In this document: piece by piece, positions 17,875 to 26,551 of the stretch
Layout of the letters: each line of letters begins with the position of its first letter
Numbering within the stretch: position 1 is the first letter of the stretch
From: Halothiobacillaceae bacterium
GTDB taxonomy: Bacteria; Pseudomonadota; Gammaproteobacteria; Halothiobacillales; Halothiobacillaceae
DNA length: 64,000 bases
NCBI GenBank assembly: GCA_016938615.1
Contig: JAFGUH010000115.1
Location: 1,593 to 65,592 of the forward strand
Direction of reading: 5' to 3'
Program-made: the position numbers and the translations under genes
The notes under the pieces: generated by a model
Database searches by the model: none
What the model saw: the letters and a program-made list of their open reading frames with translations, nothing else
Told to the model about the DNA's origin: nothing

Positions 17875-18552
17875 GTGAGCGGGCAGGAGCGTTCGACCAC
17901 GGACCAGGCCACCGACCTCCTGGCCACCGACTTGGCCACCGACCTCGCCACGGTCTTGGTCCACGGCCTGTGGATGGGTCCCTGGGCGATGCGCCCCCTG
18001 GCCGGACGGCTGAATGCCGCCCACCTTCCGACCGCACGTTTCGGCTACACCTCCCGCGCGACACCGGCGGCGAATGCCGACCGACTGGCCGATTGGCTCG
18101 AACAACGCCCGGAACCCCCGCGACGATTCATCGCCCACAGCCTGGGCGGCATCCTCCTCGCCCACCTGTTCGACCGCCACCCGGGGCTACTGTCGCCAAC
18201 CACAGGTGTGGTCCTGCTCGGCAGCCCGCTCGCCGGCAGCGCGCTGGCGATGCACCTGGCGCGTCGCCGCCTCGGTCGGCAGCTGCTAGCCGGCAGCCTG
18301 GACGACGGCCTCGACGGCAAGGCACCGGCCTGGCGGGCAGGGAACACCCTGATGATCGCGGGCACCCGCCCGATCGGCCCCGGACGACTAGTCCCCGGCG
18401 CCCTGCACGGAACGAACGACGGCACGGTCGCCGTCGACGAGACCCGGGTCCCCGGGCTCGCCGCCCATGAATGCCTGCCCGTCAACCATTTCGGCCTGCT
18501 CCTGTCATCGCAAGTCGCCCGACGCTGCCTCGCCCACCTGTCACCACGGTAG
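17875..18552 (+). CDS. Small alpha/beta-fold hydrolase (esterase/lipase-like)
   Basis: Only the last ~225 codons of ORF 16879..18552 look real: VLVHGLWMG (oxyanion region) and nucleophile elbow AHSLGG. No in-frame ATG precedes these motifs. GTG 17875 is chosen, but CTG 17920 and TTG 17932/17956 are alternatives. Confidence 0.6.
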   Translation: MSGQERSTTDQATDLLATDLATDLATVLVHGLWMGPWAMRPLAGRLNAAHLPTARFGYTSRATPAANADRLADWLEQRPEPPRRFIAHSLGGILLAHLFDRHPGLLSPTTGVVLLGSPLAGSALAMHLARRRLGRQLLAGSLDDGLDGKAPAWRAGNTLMIAGTRPIGPGRLVPGALHGTNDGTVAVDETRVPGLAAHECLPVNHFGLLLSSQVARRCLAHLSPR

Positions 18553-18635
18553 CCCCGCCCAGGGCCGCACCGCAGGCCTGCGGCCTGGCCAGGCAATGCA
18601 CGGGTCAGACAATGCACGGGTCAGGCGGGCCAAAG

Positions 18636-18664
18636 AAAACCCCGTGTCTCAGACACGGGGTTTG
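18636..18664. terminator. Bidirectional rho-independent terminator between convergent genes
   Basis: Perfect 9-bp stem CCCCGTGTC/GACACGGGG with a 3-nt loop, A-run upstream and T-run downstream. Lies between the hydrolase (+) and the bacterioferritin-like gene (-). Confidence 0.7.
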
Positions 18665-18692
18665 TTAAGGAACCTCGCTCACGGGCGCCGGA

Positions 18693-19196
18693 TCACGCGC
18701 CGCCGGTCTCCGGGGAATGGTAGGCGAGAATGTAGTTCGGCTCGCCCATTCGTCCAATCAGTTCGAGCTGACGCTTGAGCCAGTCGGCGTGCTCTTCCTC
18801 GTCCATCAGGATCGTTTCGAAGAGGTGCACGGTGCCGATATCGCCCTCGTTGCGGGCCTCGAGCGCTGACTCGCCGTAGAACTGGATCGAGGCGAGCTCT
18901 TCCTTCAGATCGGCCTTGAACATCTCGCTCAGCGAGCTCGAGCGACGAGCGGCCTTGGCCTCGGTAACGACCGGGTCGCCGTCGAGGAACAGGATGCGAT
19001 CGATGAACTTGCTGGCGTGTCCCAGCTCTTCCTGGACCTCGCCGTGCATCTTGCTCGACAGTCGATCCAGCCCCCAGTCTTCGAGTACATGGGCATGGAG
19101 CATGTACTGGTGCGTGGCGGTCAGCTCCATCGACAGCGCCTTTTGCAGGTTTTCAAGGGTCTTCTTGTCACTCTTCTTCGCTTTGGCTGCAGCCAT
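18693..19196 (-). CDS. Bacterioferritin-like ferritin (Met52 equivalent replaced by Leu)
   Basis: Started at MAAAKAKKSDKK, preceded by AAGGAGAG. Aligns to Bfr: ELTATHQYMLHAHVLEDWGL...EVQEELGHASKFIDRILFLDG...ILMDEEEHADWL, with di-iron ligands E/ExxH present. Confidence 0.85.
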   Translation of the reverse strand: MAAAKAKKSDKKTLENLQKALSMELTATHQYMLHAHVLEDWGLDRLSSKMHGEVQEELGHASKFIDRILFLDGDPVVTEAKAARRSSSLSEMFKADLKEELASIQFYGESALEARNEGDIGTVHLFETILMDEEEHADWLKRQLELIGRMGEPNYILAYHSPETGGA

Positions 19197-19338
19197 GAAA
19201 AGTCTCTCCTTAAAGTCGGTAATCGTCACGGATGAGAGATCGCGATAACGGGTCGCGGTACAGGGGTAATCTAGCTCATACACGCAGGACGTGCAGGCAC
19301 GGCAACCGGTCTTGCCGGGCCGCCGCCCGCTCATCGGT

Positions 19339-20160
19339 CTACGCTCGCGACGGTCCATTGTTCCCTGCTGCTTTCCGGTCGATCCGAGGGGCCATCCGGG
19401 CCAGCGGGTCCTGTGCGTAGAAACGGGCGAGATGCCGATACAGCGACGGGTCGAAATCGCTCAGCACCTCGGGCAACCGGAAGAAATACTCCGAGAGCAC
19501 CGCGAAGAACTCGGCCGGATTGGTCGCGGCGTAGGGGTCGATCAGTGGCTCGTCACCGGCATCGACCACGGCGGCGAGGCGGTCGAACGCTGCCTGGAAA
19601 TCCGCGGTCCAACGGACCCGGTCGTGATGCTTACCCAATGGCGGGAAGCCGTTTTCCGCGCCGTTGGCGCCATCGATGAAGTGCGCCACCTCGTGGACGA
19701 CCACGCTGGTCGCCATCTCGGGATCGAGCCCGGCCTGGACGTCGGCCCAGGAGAGCACCAGCGTGCCATGCGACCAGGCCTCGCCGGCGCGCAGGTCACG
19801 CACCTCGTGCACCACCCCGCTCTCGTCGATTTCCTCGTGGTCCACCTCGAACGCGTCCGGGTAGACGACGACCGACCGAATCGAATCGAGCCAGCCAAGA
19901 TCGAGCCCCAGCACCGGCAGTACCGCTAACGCGGCGATGCGCATTTGCGCAGCGTCACTCAGATCCATGCCGCCGGCAGCGTAGAAAGGCCGGCCGGCAA
20001 GAAAGCGGCCGGCGAGCTGACGCAGACGCTCGACCTCCTCGTCGCAAAGATCGGCCAGTTCCGGCTGCTCGGCGCAGAGCCTGCGCCAGGTCTCGACCGG
20101 AATGTCGACCGAGGCGGACGAGTGGCCACCGAACAGTCGCCGCAGGGTTTGCCAGAGCAT
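19339..20160 (-). CDS. mtfA: MtfA-like zinc peptidase (M90 family)
   Basis: Started at MLWQTLRRLFGG. HExxH in VVHEVAHFIDG. C-terminal IDPYAATNPAEFFAVLSEYFF is typical of MtfA. Starts 22 nt downstream of the SPP stop. Confidence 0.8.
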   Translation of the reverse strand: MLWQTLRRLFGGHSSASVDIPVETWRRLCAEQPELADLCDEEVERLRQLAGRFLAGRPFYAAGGMDLSDAAQMRIAALAVLPVLGLDLGWLDSIRSVVVYPDAFEVDHEEIDESGVVHEVRDLRAGEAWSHGTLVLSWADVQAGLDPEMATSVVVHEVAHFIDGANGAENGFPPLGKHHDRVRWTADFQAAFDRLAAVVDAGDEPLIDPYAATNPAEFFAVLSEYFFRLPEVLSDFDPSLYRHLARFYAQDPLARMAPRIDRKAAGNNGPSRA

Positions 20161-20182
20161 CAGGGGCCGACCGTCGCGCGGG

Positions 20183-21064
20183 TCATTCGTCGTCTGTCGG
20201 AAGGCGCATGAGCGCGCGGGTCTCGGGCAGATAGTGGACCAGACCCTCGAGCACGCCGCCGGCATAGTTGCCATTCATCTCGAACAGGCCGCCACGAGCG
20301 AGGTAGAGCGTGTGATCGAGCGCGCCGGCGCGCACCATGTCGGCGGCGCGGCGCTTGACCTCCGGGTCGGCGTTGGCGACCAGCACGCCGTGGATGTGGC
20401 TGGCCAGAGCCTGCAGGTCGTTGCCCGAATCGCCGGCGAACATCGCCCGGCGCTCGTCGAAGGCCAGCCGCTCGATCAAAAACTCGATCGCGTGCAGTTT
20501 GCTCGCCCCCGACGGCAACACGTCAAGCAACAACACGTCGGCGGCCTCGTCGACCGACCAGACCAGCCGGGCGTCCATGCCGTTGCGCCACAGGCGTCCG
20601 TGCAACTCGGCGTCGAGCACATCCTGGTTGATACCGCGATCTGCGTAGTAGCTGGCCTTGAACGTGCCCTGCTTCGATGGCTCCTGCGGGCGAATCGCGC
20701 TGATGTCGTCGAACAAATCGCTGATGTCGTCGTGGGTCAGGCCGTTCCAGTAGGGGGCAATCTCGTCGGTCCAGGCGCGCCAATGTATCCAGTCGCCATC
20801 GCTGCTACCCGTCTGCGAGCGCGGCGCGTAGATCGTGGTGCCGACATCGCCGATGATGTAGTCCGGCTGCGGCAACGACCATTCCTCGATGCCTTCGAGT
20901 ACCCGCTCCAGGTCGCGGCCCGAGACGAACACCAGCTCGACGGCCGGGTGGGCGCAAAGGCGCGCCAGGCGAGATCGGGCATCGGGGGATTCCTCGGCCT
21001 TGCCGTTGGGGATCAGGGTGCGATCCAGATCGCAACACAGCAGCAGCGGCGCCACCTCGGTCAT
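20183..21064 (-). CDS. spp: HAD-IIB hydrolase, sucrose-6-phosphate phosphatase-like
   Basis: 293 aa. HAD motif I LLLCCDLDRTLIP and motif IV GDSGNDL. ATGA overlap with the sucrose-phosphate synthase gene upstream. Confidence 0.7.
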   Translation of the reverse strand: MTEVAPLLLCCDLDRTLIPNGKAEESPDARSRLARLCAHPAVELVFVSGRDLERVLEGIEEWSLPQPDYIIGDVGTTIYAPRSQTGSSDGDWIHWRAWTDEIAPYWNGLTHDDISDLFDDISAIRPQEPSKQGTFKASYYADRGINQDVLDAELHGRLWRNGMDARLVWSVDEAADVLLLDVLPSGASKLHAIEFLIERLAFDERRAMFAGDSGNDLQALASHIHGVLVANADPEVKRRAADMVRAGALDHTLYLARGGLFEMNGNYAGGVLEGLVHYLPETRALMRLPTDDE

Positions 21065-23244
21065 GACTGACCCTCCGCGGCATCCCGTTGCTCAGGGACA
21101 CCACAGGCGCCGAAGAAATCGTAGTGCTCGATTGCCTCCAGGATCCCGCCCGATCCCTGGTGGCGGGTGAAGATCACCCGGTCGAGGTCGGTAAGTCCGG
21201 GCAACTCGCGCTTGCCGTTAGCGGTGACCACGGCACCGAGCGGGTTGCCGCGCAGCATGTCCTCGTCGGTGGCGACACCCCCGGCGACCAGCAAACGGTC
21301 GAACGCGAGCCCCCACTGAGTGGCGAAGAAACGCAGCGCGAATCCCTTGGAGGCGCGCACCGGCATGGCGAGCAATTCATTGCGCGACAGAGAAACGATA
21401 TGGGCCTGTATATCGAGGGCATGCAGTTCCTCTTCCAGAGCGGCGATACCCGGAAAGACACCGGCATCCTCGATGAAGGCATGGACCGAGTAAACCCCCT
21501 GTGCCGCCCGCGATCGCAATGCCAGGCCCGGCGTCTGCACGAGCGTGTTGTAGATGCGATCGGGCTGCCAGGCGTGGCCGATATGCCGACTCCATGCCTC
21601 GTCACGCGACAGGCGTGGTCCGTAATGGATTTGCGTGCCGCCACGCGTGATCAACACGTCCGGTGTCGGCACGCCCATCTCCTTGAGCGCGGCAAGTACC
21701 TCGTGGCGCGGCCGGTCGGAGATCACGCCGAAACCTACCTGGCGGCGATGGCGCCTCAGGGCCTTGATCAGTCGGGTACGGGTGGCCGAATCAGTAGAAT
21801 CGCCGAGCGCGGACAGTTCGACCACGATGGCCCGATCGACCTGTGTGAGAGCGGGGTCGGGCAGGGTCGGCCGCTCGGCGCGCCGCTCGCCCGGGGCGAG
21901 CGCCGAGACACGTTCGAGGTAGCTTTCGACGTGCGCATCCCAGGAATACTGTTCGCGCACGCGACGAACGCCGTTGTCGGAGTAGCGCCGCCATCGCTCG
22001 CGATCCTCGAGCAGGGCGTGGATCTTGTTACCCATTGCCTGGGCATCGAGCGGATCGATCAACTCGCCGTTCTCGCAGACTGCGACGATGTCGCGCGGCC
22101 CGCCGTCCTCGGTGGCCAGAATCGGCGCACCAGTCGCCGCGGCCTCGATCAACGTCAGGCCGAACGGCTCGGTCAGTGCCGGATTGATGAACACCCCGCC
22201 GCTGCGGGTCACCAGCCGGTAGAGATCCGGCACGTCGTCGGAGGCGTGATGGCGGGGATAGGCGGCCACGCCGTAGAGATCGTGGTAGTCGATCAGGAGC
22301 AGCAGGTCGGTGAGCACCTTGCGCGGCCCGCCATCCATGTCGCGGATGTCGTCGCGGTTGCCCGCGATGATCACGAGGTTGGCCTGCTCGCGTAACCTCG
22401 GATGCCCGCCGAAGGCCTCGACCAGGGTCGCGATGTTCTTGCGTTCGTCGGGCCGCGAGAGGGCAAGGACGATCGGGCGTTCGGGCTCGCGAAGAAAGCG
22501 CTTGAGCTCGGCGGCGATCGGCGGGTCGAAGGTGGTCGGCGGCGGGTTGAAGCGTTCGAGGTTCACCCCGGGCGGGATCACGGCCATCTTCGCTTCATCC
22601 GCCCAGTCGTAAAGCCCGTACTGTTCGTCGATCTCCTGGCCCGTGCTCACTACCACCAGGTCGGCGGCGAGCAGCACCTCTTCCTCGGCCCGCACCCGGG
22701 TCGTCATGGCATAGGTGTTCTCGATGGTCTCGCCGCTCTCGCCGTGGGCGAGCAGCCTGCGGCGCTTGACCCGCCCGAGCGAGTGCCCCGTGTGCACCAA
22801 CGGCACGCCGAGGTTGCTGGCCAGGCGGACACCGACGTAGCCCGCATCGGCGTAGTGGCTGTGTACCAGCGTCGGCGTGAGCCCCACCGACGCGATGTGG
22901 GCGAGCGCCCCGTCGGTGAAACAATTGAGGTATTCCCAGAGCGCCTCCTTGGGCAGGTATTCCTCCGGTCCGGCGTCGATGCGGATGATGTGGGCGTTGT
23001 CGCCCAGCGGTTCGTCGGGCCTGGCATAGTCGTCGTCGACGCGCGGATCGACCACCCGCCGCGTGAACAGGTCGACGCGCTCGACCTCGGGGCGGCGCGC
23101 CAGCGCCCGGGCAAGCTCGACCACGTACAGGGTCTGCCCGCCGGTGTCGGCGTCGCGACCCAGCTCGAGGTTCTCGCCACGGATCAGGCCGTGCACGCTG
23201 ACCAGGCAAATGTAGAGTCCGCCTTGTCCTGTCGAGCGGGTCAT
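21061..23244 (-). CDS. sps: Sucrose-phosphate synthase (GT4 domain plus C-terminal SPP-like domain)
   Basis: ATG at 23244 is preceded by GGGAGGAGG and overlaps the upstream stop (ATGA). MTRSTGQGGLYICLVSVHGLIRGENLELGRDADTGGQTLYVVELARAL is the hallmark SPS N-terminus. The ~200 Arg-rich codons upstream in ORF 21061..23844 were rejected. Confidence 0.85.
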   Translation of the reverse strand: MTRSTGQGGLYICLVSVHGLIRGENLELGRDADTGGQTLYVVELARALARRPEVERVDLFTRRVVDPRVDDDYARPDEPLGDNAHIIRIDAGPEEYLPKEALWEYLNCFTDGALAHIASVGLTPTLVHSHYADAGYVGVRLASNLGVPLVHTGHSLGRVKRRRLLAHGESGETIENTYAMTTRVRAEEEVLLAADLVVVSTGQEIDEQYGLYDWADEAKMAVIPPGVNLERFNPPPTTFDPPIAAELKRFLREPERPIVLALSRPDERKNIATLVEAFGGHPRLREQANLVIIAGNRDDIRDMDGGPRKVLTDLLLLIDYHDLYGVAAYPRHHASDDVPDLYRLVTRSGGVFINPALTEPFGLTLIEAAATGAPILATEDGGPRDIVAVCENGELIDPLDAQAMGNKIHALLEDRERWRRYSDNGVRRVREQYSWDAHVESYLERVSALAPGERRAERPTLPDPALTQVDRAIVVELSALGDSTDSATRTRLIKALRRHRRQVGFGVISDRPRHEVLAALKEMGVPTPDVLITRGGTQIHYGPRLSRDEAWSRHIGHAWQPDRIYNTLVQTPGLALRSRAAQGVYSVHAFIEDAGVFPGIAALEEELHALDIQAHIVSLSRNELLAMPVRASKGFALRFFATQWGLAFDRLLVAGGVATDEDMLRGNPLGAVVTANGKRELPGLTDLDRVIFTRHQGSGGILEAIEHYDFFGACGVPEQRDAAEGQS

Positions 23245-24737
23245 GTGGCGCCTCCTCCCTGATCGGGCGGCGTCCTGGCGTCCTCCTCGGGCGGACCATC
23301 CTCGATCAGGGCGAGCGCGGCGAGCTGACCGGGGTCCTCGAGGAAATGCCGGGCGAGCAACATGCCGGTCGCGCTCCAGACCTGGTGCAGGTTCGCTCGA
23401 CGACCAATAAGGCGTCCATGTCGACCGTCGTAGTACTCCGGCCAACTGTCGTTCATCAGTCGTCGCTCTGCGACGTGGAAGGCCCGCTCGCCGAGATCCT
23501 GCCGACCGGCGACGATCGAGGCGGCAACCAGCGGCCAGATCAGGACCGGCCAGTTGCCGCCGTTGTGATACGACCAGGGCACGTTCTTCGGGTCCGAGCC
23601 GGTCATCAGCCGCCATTCCGCGCCGCGCACCGGCGGATAGACCAGCTTGGCCGGCATCTGCCCGATCAGGTCGTCCCAGCGGTCGGCGAGCGTGTTCATC
23701 TGCAGCCCGCCTTGCCGGGGCGAGGCCAGGCCCGCCATGGTGGCGAGATAGTTGCCCTGCGAGAAGAATCGAAAGTCGATCCGACCGGGGCCGAGGTTGC
23801 CGACGAAGTAGCCGCCGTCGTCGGGCAGCCAGTCGGCCACCCATTCCGGGATCGACTCGGGGTAGATATTGAAGACGTTGTCGACGTCGTGACCGAATTT
23901 CTCGGTCGAGAAACGGTGGACCTCGTTGAGGCGGTCGATATCCAGCCAGTAGTAGCGACGCACGTAGTCACGCAGCACGCCGCGGCGGCGCCGGGCCAGG
24001 TCGATCAGCCAGTGGCTGCCCTCGTCGACGGTCAACAGGTCCGCTGCGCGCAGCGTCATGTCGAACAGCGCCTGGATCTCGAGCGGATGGCCGTTCACGC
24101 CCATGCGCCGGTCGATCATGAACGAGCCGTCTGGCACCAAGAGCGTCGGAAAAACCTCGAAGCGGCTCTGCAGACAGAGGCTCAGGATCATGCGCAGCCC
24201 GCGCTGGACTTCGGGGGTGTGGGCGAAGGCCGTGTCGCCGGTGAAACGCACGTAGGCACGCAGCAGCACCGTCCACCACATCATCGAATCGACCGGCGCG
24301 ACTCGGCCGATCGCCCGATCGCCGAAATCGGCGGAGAGTTGCTCGCTGCCGTCATCGAGCGTGACCACTCGGAAGGACGCCGGCAACACACCCGGCGCGA
24401 TCTGCTGGCCCTCGAGCTCCTCCTGCTGACCGCGCATGCGCAGGATCATGGCGAGGAACTCGCGCACCACGTCGGAGCGCCCCTCGATCAGCATCAGGAA
24501 GGCCGCCGAGACGAAATCGCGCACGAAGCAATCGCGGTAGTTGTCGGCCGGGGCACGCGGATCGAGGCTCGCCATGGTGCCTACCGGCTGGCCCTCGTAG
24601 CGGATCACCGCATCGTCGAGCAGCCGGTAGGCATCCGCCAGTACCGCCGATTCGTCGGCAAAGCGGGGCGAGGCAAAACAGTGGTGCGAGGCGTGCAGGG
24701 GCTCGGTGGAACAACTCGATGGCGGACGCTCGTTCAT
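23241..24737 (-). CDS. Alkaline/neutral invertase (GH100 family)
   Basis: Started at MNERPPSS (AAAGGA Shine-Dalgarno). GH100 signature blocks NYRDCFVRDFVSAAF, GVLPASFRV, DFGDRAIGRVAPVDSMMWWTVLLRAY, FPTLLVPDGSFMIDRRMGVNGHPLEIQALF, YHNGGNWPVLIW. Confidence 0.8.
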   Translation of the reverse strand: MNERPPSSCSTEPLHASHHCFASPRFADESAVLADAYRLLDDAVIRYEGQPVGTMASLDPRAPADNYRDCFVRDFVSAAFLMLIEGRSDVVREFLAMILRMRGQQEELEGQQIAPGVLPASFRVVTLDDGSEQLSADFGDRAIGRVAPVDSMMWWTVLLRAYVRFTGDTAFAHTPEVQRGLRMILSLCLQSRFEVFPTLLVPDGSFMIDRRMGVNGHPLEIQALFDMTLRAADLLTVDEGSHWLIDLARRRRGVLRDYVRRYYWLDIDRLNEVHRFSTEKFGHDVDNVFNIYPESIPEWVADWLPDDGGYFVGNLGPGRIDFRFFSQGNYLATMAGLASPRQGGLQMNTLADRWDDLIGQMPAKLVYPPVRGAEWRLMTGSDPKNVPWSYHNGGNWPVLIWPLVAASIVAGRQDLGERAFHVAERRLMNDSWPEYYDGRHGRLIGRRANLHQVWSATGMLLARHFLEDPGQLAALALIEDGPPEEDARTPPDQGGGAT

Positions 24738-24865
24738 CCGGGGTCCTTTGGTGCAATCGCGATGAGATGTCCGCGGGCGCTGCGGGTGCGCCCCGGTGTC
24801 AGTAGAAAAGTTAGCACAGGCTGATGCACCACGTCGCGGGCGCGAGCGGCAATCGCAGCAACGCA

Positions 24866-25447
24866 TCATCCGCAAACGGCAAGATCGCCTGGTCGGTCGA
24901 CGTCGCGCACCACACCGGGATGAACGCAGCGCAGCATCTTGCCCTCGCGAACCGGAAAGCCGCGCTCGGCGACCAGGTCGAGCCAGCCGACCGGGCAGGC
25001 AACCGGGTGGCCGGGCCGGCCCTTATGCACCGGACGCACCGGAAGGCGCTCAAGGCGCATCGAGCGGATTAGGCGCCGGGCATCTGTGGCGCGCACGTCG
25101 GGCATATCGCCGAGGAAGATAAGGACACCCTCGACCGCATGGTCCTCCAGGCCGACCAGCCCGCAGCGACGGCTGGCACCGAGCCCCGCCGTGGCCTCGG
25201 GACAGATAATCGCCTCGGCCGGCAGCCGTGCCAGCAGGGCATCCAACCGCGGGCCGGGCGCTTCGACCACCACCCGTACCCGGTCACAGACCATCCCGGC
25301 GACAGTCAGCGCATGCGCGAGCAGCGGTTCGCCGCGGCAGGTGGCCCACCGCTTGTCCGCGCCGAATCGCCGTGCCCGGCCGGCGGCGAGCACCACACCG
25401 ACGATGCCCACCGACGAATCGCCAGCCGCGTGCCGCTCAGTGGGCAT
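24866..25447 (-). CDS. mocA: MobA-like nucleotidyltransferase (Mo-cofactor cytidylyltransferase MocA-like)
   Basis: 193 aa. GVVLAAGRARRFGADKR NTP-transferase loop and ...VLIFLGDMP. Last gene of the Mo-hydroxylase operon. Confidence 0.7.
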   Translation of the reverse strand: MPTERHAAGDSSVGIVGVVLAAGRARRFGADKRWATCRGEPLLAHALTVAGMVCDRVRVVVEAPGPRLDALLARLPAEAIICPEATAGLGASRRCGLVGLEDHAVEGVLIFLGDMPDVRATDARRLIRSMRLERLPVRPVHKGRPGHPVACPVGWLDLVAERGFPVREGKMLRCVHPGVVRDVDRPGDLAVCG

Positions 25448-25462
25448 CGAGAGCGGACATCA

Positions 25463-26551
25463 TCACTGAGCGTCAAGGGACCGGCAGGCAGCCGGCACCC
25501 GCACGACGCCTTCGTACCTAGCCAAGCTCCGCGCCGCGACCAACTCGGCGGCAATGGAAACGGCGATCTCCGCCGGGGTATGCGAGCCGATGTCCAGCCC
25601 GGCCGGGGCCCGCAACCGCGCGGTGTCGATGCCCAGCGAGGTCAGCCGGTCACGACGGGCGCGGCTGGTCCCCGCCCCGCCCATCGCGGCGACGTGGAAG
25701 GCGGGCGATTCGAGCGCATCAATCAGGGCGAGATCGTCCAGTCGCGGGTCATGGGCGACAGCCACCACGGCCGTGTGGCTATCGAGCGCGAGACGGGCGA
25801 ACAGCCGCTCGGGCGCCGCCTGCGACAGCGAGGCCCCTGGCGGCGCCGGCTGCGCAGTCGGGCGCGGATCGCAGACGACCACCTCGAAGCCCAGCGCCAA
25901 CGCCTGGGGCGCGAGTTGGTCGGCCACAGGACCGCTGCCGACGATCACCAGCCGCCAGGCCGGACCGAAGGGCACCGCGAGACGCCGACCATCGTGACGC
26001 GGTGATTCGACTGGCGGGCCGAGCACCTGGCCGGTCACCGAGCTTGCCACCGCACGCCACTCGACTTCACCGCTTGACAGGTTGACCTCGCGCCAGACCG
26101 TCTGCCGACCGCGAACCGCCGCCAGGGCCGGCTCGATGTCGGCACGCCGGCGCGGCCACTCCACTAGCACGGTCAGGGTGCCACCGCAGGGCAAGCCGGG
26201 ATGATCGCGGCCATCGTAGGAGCGGGTCACCGGGACTCGGCGCTCGCCCTCGGCGGGTCGCTGCGCGAGCCAGTCGAGCAGGTCGTCCTCGACACAGCCA
26301 CCGGAGATCGATCCCTGCATAAAGGGGCCATCCTTGTCGGATCCATCCTTGCCGGTCACATCCTTCCGGGACCCCTCGGCGTCCCACCGAGCCGGGTCGA
26401 CGATCACCCAGATCGAGCCGGGTCGGCGGGGTGCCGACCCAAAGGTCGAAAGCACCGTGACCAGCACCACCTCCCTGCCGGCGACCAGCCCGTCGACGGC
26501 AAGTTGCAGGGCCGCCTCGCGATCCGAGAACGATCGCGCGCCAGACGTCAT
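25463..26551 (-). CDS. xdhC: XdhC/CoxI-family Mo-cofactor insertion chaperone
   Basis: 362 aa. N-terminal XdhC_CoxI region (VLVTVLSTFGSAPRRPGS) and Rossmann-like part LVIVGSGPVADQLAPQALALGFEVVVCDPRP. ATGA overlap with the upstream gene. Confidence 0.8.
   Translation of the reverse strand: MTSGARSFSDREAALQLAVDGLVAGREVVLVTVLSTFGSAPRRPGSIWVIVDPARWDAEGSRKDVTGKDGSDKDGPFMQGSISGGCVEDDLLDWLAQRPAEGERRVPVTRSYDGRDHPGLPCGGTLTVLVEWPRRRADIEPALAAVRGRQTVWREVNLSSGEVEWRAVASSVTGQVLGPPVESPRHDGRRLAVPFGPAWRLVIVGSGPVADQLAPQALALGFEVVVCDPRPTAQPAPPGASLSQAAPERLFARLALDSHTAVVAVAHDPRLDDLALIDALESPAFHVAAMGGAGTSRARRDRLTSLGIDTARLRAPAGLDIGSHTPAEIAVSIAAELVAARSLARYEGVVRVPAACRSLDAQ

Noticed and set aside
23245-23844. ~200-codon Arg-rich N-terminal extension of the SPS ORF
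   Set aside because: It overlaps the 3' end of the invertase gene in another frame. A strong GGGAGGAGG Shine-Dalgarno and the hallmark SPS N-terminus sit at ATG 23244.
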